A stretch of DNA of 64,000 bases from a virus (Duplodnaviria > Caudoviricetes), in the IMG/VR virus record IMGVR_UViG_3300020050_009209. One strand, written 5' to 3'. This document shows, piece after piece, positions 60,902-64,000 of this stretch. Position numbers and translations under genes: made by a program. The notes under the pieces are model-generated. The model did no database searches. It was not told where the DNA came from and saw only the letters and a program-made list of their open reading frames with translations. Each line of letters opens with the position of its first letter. Within the stretch, counting starts at the first letter, position 1.

Positions 60902-61739
60902 TGGACGAAAAAGTGACTCTGTCTATGGAGCTTGCGACTCGCCTTAAGGACCTCGTGGGGGGCCTTCTCCGTAGAGTCTCTGATGTTGCATCAGATGACC
61001 CTAGGTTCGACTACTGTTGTGAGTTTTGCGGCAAACACTCCTCTGAACCTCACACGATTACGCATAAACCTGACTGTAAGGGGCTGGCCCTTCAGCGGGA
61101 GCTTCAGGAGGTTCTAGGTGGTTAAGTGGCGTATTCGTGAGCTTGGGCCCACCTTAGTGCTTGGAGATAGTACCGTCCGGTGCAATACTCTTGCGACAAA
61201 GGTTGCACAGTGGAGTCGTGAGGGTGGGTCGGATGGCCGAGCATTCCACTCTCATGGGAATGACTGGCACCACCGAGAGATTGAGCCTTGGATGGAGTCT
61301 ACCAAGCTCTGCCGTCAACCCATGATCGTATCTACGATGAACCCATACGTAGTAGATTGTCTTGGGTTACGAGACGCAGGGGATACCTACCTGGCTCTCA
61401 TTTTCTGCCCTACAGGGAGAGAGCCTTACAGCCCTACCTGGGAAGAGGCTCAGAGGATCTACGCTGCTTACAAGGCTGGCGTCCAGCACCTGAGTGAAAT
61501 TCTGAGGGTAGGTGGGTTTTGGTAGTCATGAAAGACCAGTTGAACGAGAATAAAGCAGAACTCCGCCGTATTGCAGATGACCTGTGGGCCCTAGCAAAAG
61601 AGCGGTACCGAGTGGTTGGGGGCTCGGACGCAATGGTAGAGAAACTAAAGGTAACCTCCACCCAACTTCACGGTATTGCCTCAAGGCTTGACGCAAAGAC
61701 TCCGGTTAAATCCTAGCCCCTCTCTACGTAGGAGTAGGT

Positions 61740-62018
61740 ATGATTTACGCGGAAGTTCAGAAGGAAGTGGTTCTGGGCCTTGTGGGAGCCGACCTCATGG
61801 CCTGGTTCGAGTCTCAGATCAGGGAGTTCTGGGAAGCTGCCGCAGAAGACGATTACCAGGAAGCTGACAACTTCAGGTTTGCTCTCGTTGGGGACGCTCA
61901 CAGTGAGGGTCTCTACGATGACGCAGTCTCTGATGGCTGCTGTGGAGCCTATGACATGCTGTTCGCCCATCCGAATGGGCAACATACCTTCAAGTACGGG
62001 TTTAACTACGGCCACTGA
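61740..62018 (+). CDS. small acidic protein
   Basis: Class I motif 13 nt upstream. Confidence 0.7.
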   Translation: MIYAEVQKEVVLGLVGADLMAWFESQIREFWEAAAEDDYQEADNFRFALVGDAHSEGLYDDAVSDGCCGAYDMLFAHPNGQHTFKYGFNYGH

Positions 62019-62611
62019 TTTCGTAGGAGTAGTTAGGAAAGCCGAAACCAACGGGAGGTCCCCATGCTTATTGAAATGACGCTAAAGCAGGCGAGGTTGC
62101 TCGGGATTGTCGTGTGTGCTCATTGCGGCATGCCGCCCAACAACCACTGGGGTGACGGGAAGCCTGGAGGTAAGTGCGCTCACGTGCGCTCACGACTCGA
62201 AATGTCCAGGCTATGAGCAAAAGATTCGACTTCCTAGAGGAGAGTAAAGTGCAACGAAACTTCAAGTATAGTGTGGTCGGAATGGTTAGGTTGTCCCAGG
62301 TCACGTTGCGGACAGATACCCCATGTAAGTACCGTGAAAAAGATCTCACTGTCATGTGTGAGGCAAGGGATGTACCTCCACATATTTCGCAGATTTCGGC
62401 CTACATTAACGATAAGTGGACCCCAGGGGACCTCGTTACGGCTCCCGTTAGTTACCACTTCGTAGTTGAAGTGAAGTCGACGATGGGTGCGGATGAGGCT
62501 CAGCTTCAACTGAAGAATGTACTGGAATGTTCTTTCCCGCGTAGCGATGATCCTACCCTTGCATACCCCCTTGCATTCCACTACATCAAGCTAGTAAAGC
62601 ACGTCTAACCC

Positions 62612-64000
62612 ATGTTCAAGCCAGGCGAAATCGCACGAGTCAACAACTCTGATCTCACGGTCACCGTCCTAGCTGGGACGCCTGAGGGTTCTCCCCTTAC
62701 GTGGCCTATCCAGACCGACGCTGGAGTGTACAATGAGAGTGATCTCTCTCCTGCTCACCCATCGGTTCTAGCCACGGTGGAGGCAAAGGAGATAGGTTTC
62801 GTAGAGCGCCCTTCGAGTGCGAATAAGGAAATCCTGCCCTTTGATCTCCGAGACAAGATCGAGAGTATCATCAAGGGGGCCAAAATTGACCTTCGAGGGC
62901 ACTGGAAAAATGGGGCCCTGCTAGAGGGTATGTCGGTAGGTCCCTCAATTTTCATCCACGTTACCTCAATGTCGACAGCAGACGCTAAGGCTGTACTACA
63001 AGCGAATAGCAAGAAGACTCCTCTCGACCGCTGGGTCCCAATCGACGTCCACCTGTCAAATCTCCCTCGAACGTGCTCGTTCTGCGGGGCAGAAGACTTC
63101 TACCTGGAGACGAACGGAATCGAAGTTCGTCTTGCGTCAGATCCGTGCCCTTTCGAGGCGGGTCTTCCGCCCACGGAATGGGAGCTGAATGTTCCTAGCG
63201 GTAAGTTGATTGTTGCCAACGATCTACGCCAGATTTTCCCCCTCCCTGAGGCTGAGGACTTTAGCTTCAACACGGCATACGGTTGCAAGCAAACGGCGCT
63301 TGCCTATGCCCAGCACGGGATGTCTCATGCTTTCGTGGGGAACACCTGCCCAGCAGTCTACCAGCTAGAGAAAGGGGTATACAAGATCGCCAATGCCCCC
63401 TCCACTGAGATGTGGAACGGTAAGAAATACGTCGACATTGACCCTCCTACACCCTTCGATGGTAAGCAGGTTGCGGGCATTTGTACGGATCTCTGGTGGT
63501 ACTCTATCTGTGATCAGGCTGAATTCAAGCGTCGATGCAAGCGATTTGGACTCAAACAGGCTGAGTTCAACGTTGAGGTAGTCAACGTTAAACCCGGTGT
63601 CTACCGGTTCCGCCATAACGACTTTGTTGATCGAGGTGGCCCTGAGGAGGTAGTGTACGCTCAATTCGAGTGGGTACGAGAGCCAGATCCGGTCAAGAAT
63701 TACTTGGAGTCGTACGAGCAGGTTGAAGTTAACCCTCACGCTTACGTACAGGCCATGGCGTGGAGATGGCCAACCCTCTACGGTACTGGCAAAAAGACCG
63801 CATGGGAGAACCTGAAACCTGAAGATAAAAGCCGGGCTTGGAGGCTCGTTACAGACTCTGTACTGTGCCTTCTCGGTGGTGGAATCAAATGGCACGAGAG
63901 GGGCTTCCCCTGCGCTAAGGTTGACGCGTCTATTCCTGACGTAGAGCCACCCTCATTCCGGTCCCAGCAGCACTGGTACCCGTTTTCTCGACCCTACGGT
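62612..64000 (+). CDS. large hypothetical protein running off the window end (absent from ORF track)
   Basis: ATG 62612 MFKPGEIARV...; CSFCG; PSGKLIVANDLR; GNTCP; frame appears open. Confidence 0.7.
   Translation, partial: MFKPGEIARVNNSDLTVTVLAGTPEGSPLTWPIQTDAGVYNESDLSPAHPSVLATVEAKEIGFVERPSSANKEILPFDLRDKIESIIKGAKIDLRGHWKNGALLEGMSVGPSIFIHVTSMSTADAKAVLQANSKKTPLDRWVPIDVHLSNLPRTCSFCGAEDFYLETNGIEVRLASDPCPFEAGLPPTEWELNVPSGKLIVANDLRQIFPLPEAEDFSFNTAYGCKQTALAYAQHGMSHAFVGNTCPAVYQLEKGVYKIANAPSTEMWNGKKYVDIDPPTPFDGKQVAGICTDLWWYSICDQAEFKRRCKRFGLKQAEFNVEVVNVKPGVYRFRHNDFVDRGGPEEVVYAQFEWVREPDPVKNYLESYEQVEVNPHAYVQAMAWRWPTLYGTGKKTAWENLKPEDKSRAWRLVTDSVLCLLGGGIKWHERGFPCAKVDASIPDVEPPSFRSQQHWYPFSRPYG

Noticed and set aside
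12168-61740. GTTAA(R)(Y) motifs as integron attC core sites (GTTRRRY)
   Set aside because: No inverse core or palindromic attC body and no integrase; fixed 17-18-nt spacing to CGTA fits a promoter
1-64000. Alternative genetic code
   Set aside because: Conserved genes are intact in code 11 and end in TAA, TAG and TGA
1-64000. Many overlapping antisense or alternate-frame ORFs in the track (e.g. 22403..22927, 39387..40031, 54613..55254, 63365..63895)
   Set aside because: They overlap better-supported genes and lack promoter, SD or motif support

Overview
This is the accessory/early-gene region of a large dsDNA (jumbo-type) bacteriophage. It holds about 120 mostly small, tightly packed ORFs, and no capsid, tail, terminase or polymerase gene is recognisable. 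Recognisable genes include an AAA ATPase, an Acb1-like 2H phosphoesterase, a GIY-YIG endonuclease, a peptidoglycan cluster (SLT-like enzyme, glucosaminidase/PG-binding lysin, GT51 glycan polymerase), dNMP kinase, pyrB, a J-domain protein, a secreted esterase with TSP and CBM2-like modules, two DUF262 paralogues, two ABC-type ATPases, two NDT-like proteins, an ATP-grasp protein, SNF2 helicase, an ART-like protein, AlkB, HicA-like and HNH proteins, and one tRNA-Lys(UUU). A myxobacterial host is inferred only from protein architectures. The strongest non-gene signals are: (1) about 29 copies of a bipartite motif [G/C]TTAA-N17/18-CGTA[G/A], with ATG exactly 13 nt from the C of CGTA in 22 of them, suggesting a leaderless ECF-like promoter regulon with cassette-like features; (2) an island of structured non-coding RNAs at 50.9-51.7, 54.2-54.6, 55.25-55.62 and 59.8-59.98 kb, including a duplicated ~110-nt motif with compensatory base changes and two non-canonical tRNA mimics; (3) short peptide motifs shared by unrelated proteins (C-terminal PKSR[FY]DR; N-terminal basic amphipathic leaders). 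All calls are by eye; no searches were run.
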